This document shows positions 40,801 through 52,291 of a stretch of 64,000 nucleotides of DNA, piece after piece. Position numbers and translations under genes: made by a program. This stretch comes from Selaginella moellendorffii (lineage: Eukaryota; Plantae; Lycopodiophyta). The stretch covers positions 57,772 through 121,771 of the forward strand of contig NW_003314303.1 of the NCBI RefSeq assembly GCF_000143415.4, written 5' to 3'. The stretch's first letter is position 1; each line of letters starts with the position of its first letter. The notes beneath the pieces are model-generated. The model saw only the letters and a program-made list of their open reading frames with translations. It was not told the DNA's origin and did not search any database.

Positions 40801-42143
40801 GGGGAGGACTTGTTGTTGATGATGTTGAAGGCAATATCAGTGACGGTGGACAAATGTGTACTCAAATGGGCAACATTTCCCTAAGTCCAAAAGATGGAGA
40901 CACAAAATGCCCACCAATGCCTTCAGCCCTTAGATCCCATATGGTAGGAGAAAGAGGAACATGATGTCAAGCAACAAAGTCCATGTCCATGAAGCAGGAA
41001 GTTGCACTTGAGTCCAATAGCACTAGAGCTTTGAGTCCTGATTGTCCGGTGAAAGAAAAGAGACATGGGATGCAGAAGTTGTAGGAATTGGTGGTGACTT
41101 TAATGAAAGGTGGTGAGGAGCTTGATAAAGAAGAAAAGTGATTTTTTTCAGGAAGTCCAAATAGACAACTCCTACTCTATTTGGACAGGGTCGTTTCCCA
41201 ACTACAATAGAGGTGGACCTTGAGGCAGAGTGAACTTGAGCAGTCAGGGAGGCTTCTTGGGACACACAGCTGCTTTGTGATTAAGATCGGCACAGTAGAG
41301 GCAAAGATTATAAGATACTCGATGTTGCTTCTCAGCAGGACTTAACTTCCCTTTGATGAGTTGGGGAGTACTAGAGATATCCATCAGGACTGGAGCAGTA
41401 AGTTTAGGAGTATGCCCCAAAGACTCAAGCTGGAATTCCTGAGTCTGGGACGGGAAAATGGCAGTGCGGTGACTTTCCTAATGACATTCAAAGAGACAAT
41501 TGTCACATCGAATAGCTTTGTTGATGGCGTCCGACAGGTTCGTGGGATCCTCCATGGTGAGCAACAAATACTTGACACCGTTGTTGAGGCTGAAACGAAA
41601 TTGATCAATCAAGGCCCACTCATCCCACTGAGTGTCCAAGGCAAGGAGTTGGAACTCCACAGCATAGATCGAGGCAGGACGAGACCCTTGAGAGAGACAT
41701 CTTATCTTTGTGGTGGCAGCCCAAACTCGATCTGTCTCGCCAAAACATGCTTCGAGCTTTTCTTTGAACAGCTGAAGATCCATCAACTCCAGAACCACGA
41801 CCCCTTTCATGCTCTTCTCTAGGAGAGGAGAAAACCATGACAAAGCTGCACCTTTGAGTAGTGTCCCAATCACGCCGATTTGAGACTCGGGAGTGGGGTA
41901 CTGCCAATGTTGAAGTGTGAAGATCAGCTCCATCTGGTTCAGGAATCCACGAAGCTCCAAACGCTTTCCTGAGAACTTCGCCGGGAAACCCACCTTTGGT
42001 TCAGGAACTCTACTTGATCCTTAAGCTGAAAGTGAAGCAAGCTCTTGTTGCATGTGAAGAAGGGTCGCCTTCAGTTCGGTATTCTCAAACTTAATTTTTG
42101 CAAGGACCTCGCCAAAGACATTAGGATGGCTTAGAGACTCCAT
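37828..42143 (-). pseudogene. gag-pol of element E (frameshifts and stops, truncated before chromodomain)
   Basis: PEG10/Tf1-like Gag (PAKFSGKR...LKGAALSWF), protease LLDSSATSCF, RT IVYLDDILIYS, RNase H YKIHDKELLAIV...WTDHKNLEYF, integrase CHDSPTIGH...PWESISMDF. Confidence 0.92.
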
Positions 42144-43479
42144 CGGCAAAGAAGAAAGAAAAGGGGGGAAAAAGGCAAAAGCAGTCAAACAATCAAAATG
42201 AGCTAAAACAAAAGCAAAAAACACAATCTGAATCAAACTGTTAAGACCCCTAACAAGATCAAGATTGGAAAATGCAGAAGATAAAGAGAAAAGCTAGTGG
42301 AAACGAAGAAGAAGCTTTAGCCTGGCATTGATTTAGATTGTGGAGAAATAGAACAAGACTAACCTATATATACTATAGGTTGATGAAACTACACCTTTCT
42401 TGGATCGAGAATGTCCTAAATATAGCTAATGTCGAAGAAGCGCCACGTCATCATCAAGAATGTGGTTCGAGACTCAGGAATCGTACGGGAAATCAGAGAG
42501 TCAAGAATAAGGAAGCGTCTCGAGAGTCAGGAATATGGTCTGTGGGTCAAGAATCTAGTCAGGAATGTGGCAAGAATTGGGAGATTCCTGACATAAAACA
42601 ATAAAGTTAATTCTAGTCTAAAATGATATTATTATAAATTACCTTTACATTATGGAATTTAAAATTCTAGTTCCTCAATACAAGAAATCTTAGAAAAATT
42701 ATATATTTATATCATTGTAGTTTGAAATTTTGATAATTTATAAACTTATTATAATTAATTTAAATTTAGATATATAATTTTAAATAAAGAAAAGTCATTC
42801 ATATTTTGTTTTACTGGTGTTTCTTTTTCAGACTTTAACACTAACATATATTTAGTCTACTCAATCAAGTTCTAATGAATGATTTTTATTGTTATAATAT
42901 ACCAAAGAACAAACAGCTATATTAATTAGTAGAAAATTTTATTGAATTAAAAAAATTAAGTTTTGATATAAATTTGAAAATATAACCTTTTATATATTAA
43001 TAATCTATTATTAGGCATATTTCTATATTCACAGCTTAAATAATATTATACTAAATTTTTAAATTGATATTTGAGTGATTCTCCTATTATGAACACTACT
43101 AAAACTCACTTTTCCACTTAGCTATTTTCAGTAGAAATATTATTCATAAAAAGTGAATTTTTCTAAAAATATTCATATCTCAAATGTTATTCAATTTGAA
43201 AATATTTTTATCATAATATTTTAAAAAAACTTTTTTTTGTTTTTCTTATTTTTAATCAATCTCTCTTGCGATCCTTATCTAAAGTTAAGTTTGTTAAGTG
43301 TGTGTATATTATGGTACAATATTTTTGGAGAAATGCCTAATATAGTGATATAAAAAAGGGCTAAAATGATTAAATTTTACTATTTTTTAATGATAAATTT
43401 ATTATTTTTATATTTATATTATAGTAGTACTTGTGATTATCATTAAAAAACTTCCAATGTTTTAATATTTTGCATTTTG

Positions 43480-43790
43480 AAGATTTTTCCTGATTAAATT
43501 GCTTTAGATAGGATTTTTATGGATTAGTCAGCAAAAGTAATTATTCATTTAACTATATGAGTTTTTCTTATTTGCATGAACTGTCTTCAATTTCAATTTT
43601 AGGTTGCAAAATATATGGTATTGTTCAATATAATCAATTAACAATCAAATAAGCAAACATAAATGTACTTTGCAACTTGATAGGCTATGTGAATTTTGAA
43701 CAACACTGTCAAAATTTAACTACAACTCCATATCTATGACTAGCAGCTGCACCATCTATAATTATAGCCACTATTTATCCAAGTTGATTT
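43480..43790 (-). pseudogene. hAT-like transposase relic
   Basis: Minus-strand reading IVAIIIDGAAASHRYGVVVKF resembles the hAT catalytic TDGA segment. Many stops. Confidence 0.45.
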
Positions 43791-44399
43791 TTATTTTTTG
43801 AAAAAGAGTAAAAATGTTAGTAAAAATATCATTAATTTTTCACTTTTCACTACTACCATCCTAATAAAGTTTAATAAAGTTATTATCTTCTAGGAATTGC
43901 ATGTAAGAAATTACATGCAATTCTAGAGTTCAAATAGTGCTTTATTGATGATTATAGAGTTGGAAGGGTAATGGACTTTGATAATTGAACATTGAAATGA
44001 GGTGTTAGGTTCCTTTTGAATCCTATATATAAGATTAATATCTCCTTGAATAATTACAAAATTATTAAAGGTAATCTTTCAATTTTAGTGGTCATGTAAC
44101 TTTAAGATTTGTCTTGATCCCAGCTTTAAACGAGCATAATGCAACCTGGCAATCAGGAACCTCTTTAAATTTGCCAATAAATGATTTACCATTTTTTCCT
44201 TAATCATATAATTCTTTCAACTTTATTCTTTTAGAGTTATCTAATATTTTTATAGTTTCCACTAAATCCAAGGACCTAATGTTCACTTTTTCATAGTTGT
44301 TATTAGCAAGGTAAGTGTAAAAACTTTGAGTTCTTTACTTCATGGTTAAATATTTCTTAGCTATCAAGGGGTTAAGTAATAGTTAGATTAGTGGAAGTG

Positions 44400-45174
44400 T
44401 ATAAATAATTAAAGAGAACAATTTTAAAAATGATCCATGAAGTTCAAATATAGAAAGAAAAAGTTTATGAATAAAAGTGCACCCTGTTTTTCATTTAGGT
44501 TAAGTGTCATTAGGTTTGAATAGTACTATATTGAGCGACCTCTCAAAAAGTTTAAATTTAAGAATTTACATTTGGTATTAAATAAGGTCTTAGGTCCGAC
44601 TCTATTGATTAGCTAAAGGATTTACACTATATGCTAAAATTAACATTTAGCAACGGTTCAATTTGTCTCTAGCTAAACTTGTTAAAAGAATGGGGTTCTT
44701 AAAAGAGTTATAGCTCTTATCTTCCCTAACCATATGCTAAGATTGACATTTGGCAAGAGTTGAGTTTGCCTCTAGTTGGGCTTGACCCAAAATGTAAAAT
44801 GTTAAAAGAGTTACAACTCTCAGCTTTCATTTATGAAAATGTAAATTTACATAGAAGTGCTAATTAAGGGGTAGAATGTCAAGAGAGTGGGGCTCTCAAA
44901 AAAGTTGTGGCTCTCAACTTTCGTTCACGAGGGCATGAACTTGTAATGAAACATGGTGGATTATAAGCAATTAAAAAGAATAACTTGAGATATAATCCAT
45001 GGGGTTCAAATATAAAAAAAACTATAACTTATAAACAAGAGTGCACTTTTTTTTATAATCAGTTAAAAGTTTTAGAATACTTGGGGTTAAATGTCCTTTG
45101 GTTTGAGTAATACTTAAGCTTAAGTAGTATTGGGTTGGGTGACTTCTTGGGAAGTTTAAATTCAAGAGTTTATA
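44400..45174 (+). mobile_element. Cassandra-like TRIM with 5S rRNA-derived sequence in its LTRs
   Basis: LTRs 44400-44570 and 44962-45174. PBS TGGTATTA at 44573. GGTGGAT before the 3' LTR. Perfect TSD AAGTG (44395-44399 / 45175-45179). AGTAGTATTGGGTTGGGTGACTTCTTGGGAAGT (45123-45155) resembles plant 5S AGTAGTACTAGGATGGGTGACCTCCTGGGAAGT. Confidence 0.85.
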
Positions 45175-45279
45175 AAGTGATGTTTATCATTCTTAATCAA
45201 TAGAAGTTAACTGATAAAACAATTTAAATATTTTGATTTGTTTGATTCATTTAATCATTTTTATTCCAAATTCATTTTT

Positions 45280-45960
45280 TCTTGGACTTGCTAGTAGATG
45301 TTATGACTAAGCTGAACAATCTTAATAAGGTATTTCAATATGACTTCAAAGAGTGCATTGAGGTAATAGCTCATCTTAATACTACCATAGAGAAGGTAAA
45401 GTGAAAGTACCTTAATTTACAATTTGATGTTCATTCTCTAGTATTAGCTATTTCTCTTTAAAGGTCTTGATGTGGAAAATTAACATATAAAGATAAAGTT
45501 AGCCAAAAGATAGTCCAAAAGCTCTACTATGATTTTGTTGTGAATGTGACTAAGAAGAAGAATACAAGTAGCAGTGACTTGAATGAAGAACCACCACAAC
45601 AAACATAATGGTTACATTTAAAAGACTATTAATGCACTCTAAAGATGGGTTTCCTTAACAACATGAAACTCTTTAATGCTTGACTTTATCCTACTAGGAA
45701 CCTTGCTAATAGAAAGAATTGGTTGGAGAAATTATTGGAACATTCAAAACAAACAAATTAACTTTGGCATAATGAGTTTGAGGAAATTATTTAGATCTTT
45801 CTATGCATTTTGATCAAAAATGGGATGAGTGAAGGTTGGGTGATCTGCTCAAGACTAAAATTCATTCAAGTTTACATCTAGAGACCTTAGATGATTATGT
45901 TCCTAAATGCAAAGGAGTGAGACTTGGTCAACTAAGACTTAGCATTAAACTTATAGATGA
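45280..45960 (+). pseudogene. hAT-like transposase relic (C-terminal half)
   Basis: LLVDVMTKLNNLNKVFQYD...IEVIAHLNTTIEKVK resembles the DIL..LN.L...FQ helix of hAT transposases. Interrupted by stops. Confidence 0.5.
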
Positions 45961-46331
45961 TAATAAAAGATAGACAAGAGTTAAATGTAAGTAAGTTTTT
46001 CTTTTACATGAATATTATATCATATGAAACAATTTCTTAATACCTGCTTTTTCTATAAAAAGAAAATTAAAGAAAAGGACCATGCAAATTTATGCCCTAA
46101 TTATTCATGTCCCGTACGTAGTGATTAATATTAAATTAACAAATAGTGAGAGCTCAAACTTTCATTTAGTATACAATTTTTAATTAGCTAAGTTGGACAA
46201 AAAGCAATCTTTTACCCTTAATAAACAAGATCATATAGTTTATAGTAAACTCTAAGCTGAAAAGCTCCTTTTCATCTTCTTCACGAGGTGGTGTTTTCCA
46301 TAATCGCTCTTTTCTAGGTGAAAGCTCCCTT

Positions 46332-47332
46332 TCAGCTTCTCATACTCCAGCGATGTGACGATGGCGGTGTTGTGAATCGGCTTGATGTTGGCGGTGAGCT
46401 CCAGCGGCTCGACGATGGCGGCGTCCGGTCTGTGACATCCCACTGCCACAGCGGCGTTCTTGGAGACGTCGCGGTTTGCTGATCCTTGAGCGAGAGCTTG
46501 GCCGCCCGTGGCGCTAGATCCTCTGCCTCCGGCTCAATGAATGGCTCGGGTTTCTTCGTTCCCCTGGGCGGTGGCGTCACGGCCTTGGATCTGGGAGTCG
46601 TTCTCACGCTCGGCAGTGGGCTGGATTTTGCGTAGTCGAGGATGTCGATCGGGACGTCTTTGTCCTTGGACATCCATCGCCTCAGCCATCGCTCGCCTTC
46701 TTCATCCATTCCCTGAAATTCCACCGCGTTGCGAACTACTCGATCCTGGACTTTCTTCGTGCTCTGGAATGGCGGGTCTAGCTTTCCCTGGATCCTGTGA
46801 AGCTTCACGCTCGGCTCTTTCAATCTGTGAATGGAACGCGTGGATGAGGAACCCAGGGAGAGGAAGAAACCACCATAGAACTGGAAAGATCAGTCGAGTT
46901 TTACTTGAATGCCTCCCCTCTCATGAGACCTGTGGACTTGCGTCGCCACATTGATCCTGGCTTCCTGTTCTTGATGTCGCGCAATCGCGTCAAAAACCAG
47001 AGATTGTCCATGTCAATCTGGTGGAATCGATCTGGGATGAAAAATGTTTTGGAATCGATTCCAAGAAATGCTGTTAAGATCGAAAGATGGAGAGGAGAAT
47101 CCGAGAGCTAGCCAGGAATTAGACACTCACTCTGCCAGAGTCGCTCCTTCTTCTGCTCGAGCGCCTTTCTGGGGCCTTGATCAGGGAGTTGATTGTCCAC
47201 CGCTGGCTTCATGGAGCGAATCCGGTGGCGATGCCCTTCCATTTGCTTGTCCTCCTCCCACTGCAAGTACTTCGTCTTCTTCATGAATTTCTTCATGCTA
47301 AGCTCCCGGAGGAGCGCCGGGGTCAGCCCCAT
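46332..47332 (-). CDS. CFAP97/KIAA1430 (hemingway)-domain cilia/flagella-associated protein; predicted exons 47332-47131, 47031-46905, 46824-46332
   Basis: Spliced product KYLQWEEDKQMEGHRHRIRSMKPAVDNQLP...KKERLWQNRFHQIDMDNLWFLTRLRDI fits the CFAP97-family pattern H..K.....P.VD...P ... R...I..DN..LL..M..I. Both introns are GT-AG and keep the frame. Confidence 0.7.
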
Positions 47333-47674
47333 CGCTCGCAACAGCCCTAAATCTTCATTTGAAAACTCTCTTTTAGCGGGCTCTCTCGCCCCTCAATCGG
47401 TTTGAATGCCCTCCTCACATCCGCCACAGACGCGCGATGGATATTTCTCCGGGATGGACGGCTGGGATGGCGCAGGGCTTTCTTCGATAATTTGCTAGGG
47501 TTTAAGCAATTCTTAGGGTTCTTGGCGAGAAGCGTTCGTCTCGCAGCTCGACGCATTGTGGAAAATGCTGCTCAGGGCTGGGGCGCGCTGGTCGCGATAG
47601 TGGATTCTAGGTGGCATTCATCCACGGCCTGGCCGGCATGCGCGGGATTTCGCAGCAATCGCGTTGCCTGTGAC

Positions 47675-50600
47675 ATGTTGCGGGTTTTGAGATTCCATCC
47701 GCCGCTGAGGAGCGGGCGGAGGCTAGATGTTGCCGCGAGGAGTAGTAGTAAAGGACAGGAGCAAATTCCCAACTGGGAGAGGCTACGGAGGCTTATGCTA
47801 GAGAATGACGGTCAGGTGGGGAGTAGTTTTGGCAGCAGCAGCAGCAGCAGCAGCAGCTACTTCCAGAACGATGTGGAGACTTTCTCCAATCCACAAAGCT
47901 TGCCAAGTCCGAATTTTCCCTCCGGGCAGCAACGCCGGGCATTGCATTCTATGGCATTCAACCGAGCTCAACCTCGCGGCTATTACGAGTATTCCGAGGA
48001 TGACGATTTGGACGATAGAAATGGAGGGCCTCCAGCAGAGGTAAGTTTGTGTATGATTTCTCTTTTGCCAAAAGCGTCTCTCTTTTAGAATCTCCACTAT
48101 GTTAACTTGGACGAGTGGCGTTTGCGGCTAACAAAATTTTTGAGAAACAAAGAACAAACCGAGATTATATCGAGGGAAGCTCGGGATCGAAGATATATCG
48201 AGCCTTTGACACTTCTCGCCAAAGAAATGGGACTTCATTGGTAATGTATAGCGGTTTCTCCTATTGACTTGAGACGCTTAGCTTCTTTGTTTGCGCAGCC
48301 AAATGTTTGGCAAAGCTGTTGCGATAAGCAAGAAGCCTTTGCCGCATTACAGGCCCGACCTTGACGATAAGCGTCCTCAAAGAGAGGTGATTTGTAGTTT
48401 CCTTTTATTTTGTTCTTGTGATTTAATCTGGCACGATACAGGTCTCGTTCTCCATACTGACGCACAGACGAACGAATGCATTGCTTGAGCAACACTTGCG
48501 TCTCAAGAGAATGTCAGCTGACACGTCCAGAAGAGCTCTTAGGGGGCCTGAAAGGTCGGCCAGCAGTTATGAAGAAAGCCCCACAACTACGATGCAGAGG
48601 AGCCGCCGGCTTGAAGCAAAAATGAAAGAATGGGAGGTTTGTGCTATGTGATGGTGTTAAACATCTTTTATTGACATTGATCTTGTGTAGGAATCCGAAG
48701 AGGGTCAAAAAATGATGACTATACGGAGAAACTTGCCTTCTTTCAAAGAGAAAGCCGGGCTACTAGAAGTGATTGCGAAAAATCAGGTTGGAAGTTCTTT
48801 TTGTTGTTGTTAAAGTTTCAAGTAATTCTTCTACAGGTTGTGGTGATTTCAGGAGAAACAGGATGTGGTAAAACAACTCAGCTTCCACAATATATTCTGG
48901 AGGCAGAGATTGAGGCAGGCAGAGGCGGTAGCTGTAACATTATTTGCACGCAACCTCGACGTATTTCAGCTGTTTCAGTGGCTGAAAGAGTTGCTTCTGA
49001 GAGGGGCGAGGTTATAGGCGAAACGGTAATCGAAGTCTGTCTTTTACTGTCTTTCTTGACGCTTTTGAGTTCAGATTGGATATCAAGTGCGTTTAGAAGG
49101 TATAAGAAGTCGAAATACCCGACTGCTTTTTTGTACAACGGGAATTCTGTTGAGACGCTTGTTGACTGACCCAAGTCTCAAGGGTGTGACGCATGTGATT
49201 GTTGATGAGATACATGAACGGGGCATGAATGAAGGTAAGGTTCTTTATGTCTCAAAACCGTGCTGAGCGTGGTCTTTTTTCTTTCTCAGATTTTCTTCTT
49301 GTTATTCTGAAGGAGCTTCTTCCTCAACGTCCTGACCTGAGGCTGGTGCTCATGAGCGCAACCTTGAACGCGGAGTTGTTTTCTAAGTACTTTTCTAAAG
49401 CACCAACTGCGCACATTCCGGTATTGAACAAAATTCCCGTTAATACTGTTAAACTCTACTAACGTAATTTTCATGCAGGGGTTCACGTACCCTGTGAAGA
49501 GCCACTTTCTGGAAGACGTACTCGATTTGACGGGCTATAGATTAAATCAATTTAATCAAGTTGACGATTATGGCCAAGACAAGCTGTGGAAAATGCAAAA
49601 GCAACTAGCTGCACGCAAAAGAAAGTCGCCTGTGGCCACACTTGCCGAGGTTATCTGCGTGTATTTGTATCATATTTTTTCTCTAACATTTCGGAAGTTC
49701 AGGAGGCGATGGCTAGTCAGGCTTATAACGACAGGAGCGCCGGCACAAGGGAGTCTTTATCTTGCTGGAACTCGGACATTCTGAACTTCAATTTGATCCA
49801 GGCAACATTATTACACATTTGCAAACAAGCGAGGGAAGGGGCAGTCCTGGTTTTCATGACTGGATGGGAAGATATTAGTGCTTTACTGGACAAGCTCAAG
49901 CAGGACCCTTTGCTTGGTGACTCGAGAAAAATTCTCCTTCTGGGATGCCACGGTTCAATGGCCACAGCAGAACAGGCTGGTCTTGCTTAATTGCTTGGTG
50001 GTATTTCGATGTTCGTGTCTAAATGTTTCTTTTTCTTTTCTGCAGAAACTTATTTTCGAACATCCTCCTCCTGGTGTACGAAAGATTGTGCTGGCAACTA
50101 ATATGGCTGAAACGAGTATCACTATCAATGACGTAGTGTTTGTGGTGGACGTGGGGAAAGCCAAGGAGACCTCTTACGACGCTTTGAATAACACACCATG
50201 TCTTCTTCCTACGTGGATATCAAAAGCATCTTCGCGGCAGGTATACTCTTGCTTCTCTATGGAAATTCGTTATTCTAACTTCTGTCTTGCAGCGTCGAGG
50301 AAGAGCAGGACGTGTAAAGCCAGGGGAATGTTATCATCTCTATCCCAAGGCCGTTCACGAAGCATTTGCTGAATATCAGCTGCCGGAGCTTCTTCGAACA
50401 CCTTTGCATTCTTTATGCTTACAAATCAAGAGTTTGCAGCTTGGAGATGTTGCAATGTTCCTATCAAAGGCTATGCAACCACCTGAAAGTCTGGCGGTAA
50501 ATATATAGTGTGTCTCTTGTCGTTTTTTGACAAACATTTTTGGCGATGTATTTCAGGTAAAAAATGCGCTTGAATATTTGACTACTATTGGAGCTTTGGA

Positions 50601-52144
50601 TGAACAGCAGGAATTGACAGACTTAGGTACGTTGTTAAGCTGTGTCAATTTCAATATATTTTGTGTCACCCTTCCAGGAAGAATACTGGCATTATTGCCA
50701 GTCGAGCCTCGACTTGGCAAGATGCTCATAATGGGATCCATCTTCCGCTGCCTAGACCCTGTTCTAACAATTGCTGCCGGTTTAGCTGCTCGTGATCCTT
50801 TCATTATGCCAATGGACAAGAGAAATGTGAGTAAACTTGTGCTCTAAAACTCCGGCCTCTAACATACCATCCAACTTCAACAGCTAGCAGATCAAGCCAA
50901 ATACGATTTTGCTGGTCGGGAAGCCAGCGATCATATAGGCCTCGTTCGAGCCTTTGAAGGGTGGGAAGCCGCAATGAGCAACCAGGTGGCGTCTTCATAT
51001 TGTTGGAAGAACTTCCTATCAATGCAAACATTGCTAGGAATGAGTTCTCTCCGGAAGCAATTTATCGGGCTCTTGACAACGGCAGGGCTTATCACGGATG
51101 ACCTGGGATTTTTCAACAGGTATAGTCAAGACCCGGTTGTCTTAAGGGCTGTCATCTGCTCGGGTTTGTTCCCTGGAGTTGCCTCCGTGATGGTAAGTGT
51201 GTATTTTCTATTTTCAAAGTTCTCTAAGCTTGTCTATTTGAATGTTTGAGCAGAAAAAACAAAAGTCTGTGTTGTATAAAACCATCGAGGATGGCCAAGT
51301 TTTGCTTAGTGCTGTAAGTGGGATTCTGTCCTGTTTTTCTACCTCTAACTTGTCATTTTGTTCGTAGAGTTCGGTAAACTCCAGGGACTTCAATCCTAAA
51401 AATCCCTGGCTAATGTACAGCGAGAAGATCAAAATGTCAAGCGTGATGGTCCGTGATTCAACCTGCATTTCAGATTCAACGCTTTTGCTGTTTGGAGGCA
51501 AATTGATCGATGGCCACGCGGTATGCTCTCTTGGATTTTCTTTTACCTTCTTCTCACTTCGATACTGCTGCTAGCCTGGACACATTCTTATGCAAGGGAG
51601 CTACTTGGAGTTCTTCATGAAAGTAGACGTAGCGAACACTGTCATGAGACTTCGCCAGGAGATGGACAAACTAATCCTCCGAAAGGTGAGCTCTGTCTCA
51701 AACTCGACACTCCTCTCACTTTTCTCTCACTCGCAGCTGGCTAATCCCTCCATGGACATCTACACGGAGAACAAGGAGCTCGTGGACGCTGCCTTCGAGC
51801 TCATGCGAGGGGACGACTGCTCGGGCAGCTTCGTCTTTGGCCGGGCCACCAAAGGCAGCGGCTCCTCCAAAGGCTCGGCAGAGCTCAAAGACAAAGGCAC
51901 TCCAGACACCAAAGGAATTCTCCAAACTTTGGTCCAGCGAGCAGGCTTTGCGGTTCCAACGTACCAGACGAGATCGTCGGGGTCTCAGTTCATATCGTGC
52001 GTGGTTGTCCGAGGCAAGAAATTTATCGGCGAGCCCGCCGAGTCGAAGAAGCAAGCCGAGAAGAACGCCGCCGCCATGGCCGCCGAGTGGCTCACGAGCT
52101 TACCAAGGATGCAAGACGTTCTCTCGGCGGGCAAATATTTTTGA
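47675..52144 (+). CDS. DExH-box ATP-dependent RNA helicase (plant DExH3/DExH5-like) with C-terminal dsRNA-binding domain; multi-exon, start approximate
   Basis: [53 protein letters not shown]2 ([12 protein letters not shown]) and dsRBD ([10 protein letters not shown]), spread over many ~50-bp introns. Confidence 0.95.
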
Positions 52145-52291
52145 CGTGATAGATCCTAGCCATACTAAAAACTATGGAAGCTCCGCGACTAGTTTTCCCA
52201 TGGACATTAGGTTGTCGAGAGAGAATATAGCATATTCTCTTAACGGATATCGCTACTTTTTGGTGTTCCAAGTTGCGAGCTCTAGGGTTTA

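Larger units (their letters stand above)
35432..42593 (-). mobile_element. Chromovirus (Tcn1/Tf1-sushi-like Gypsy) element E, rearranged
   Basis: 5' LTR 42239-42593 and partial 3' LTR 35432-35700. TSD TCAAA/TAAAA (one mismatch). gag-PR-RT-RH-INT order on the minus strand. Confidence 0.9.

Noticed and set aside
45085-45155. Functional 5S rRNA gene
   Set aside because: Only the internal control region is similar, and it lies within both LTRs of a TRIM.
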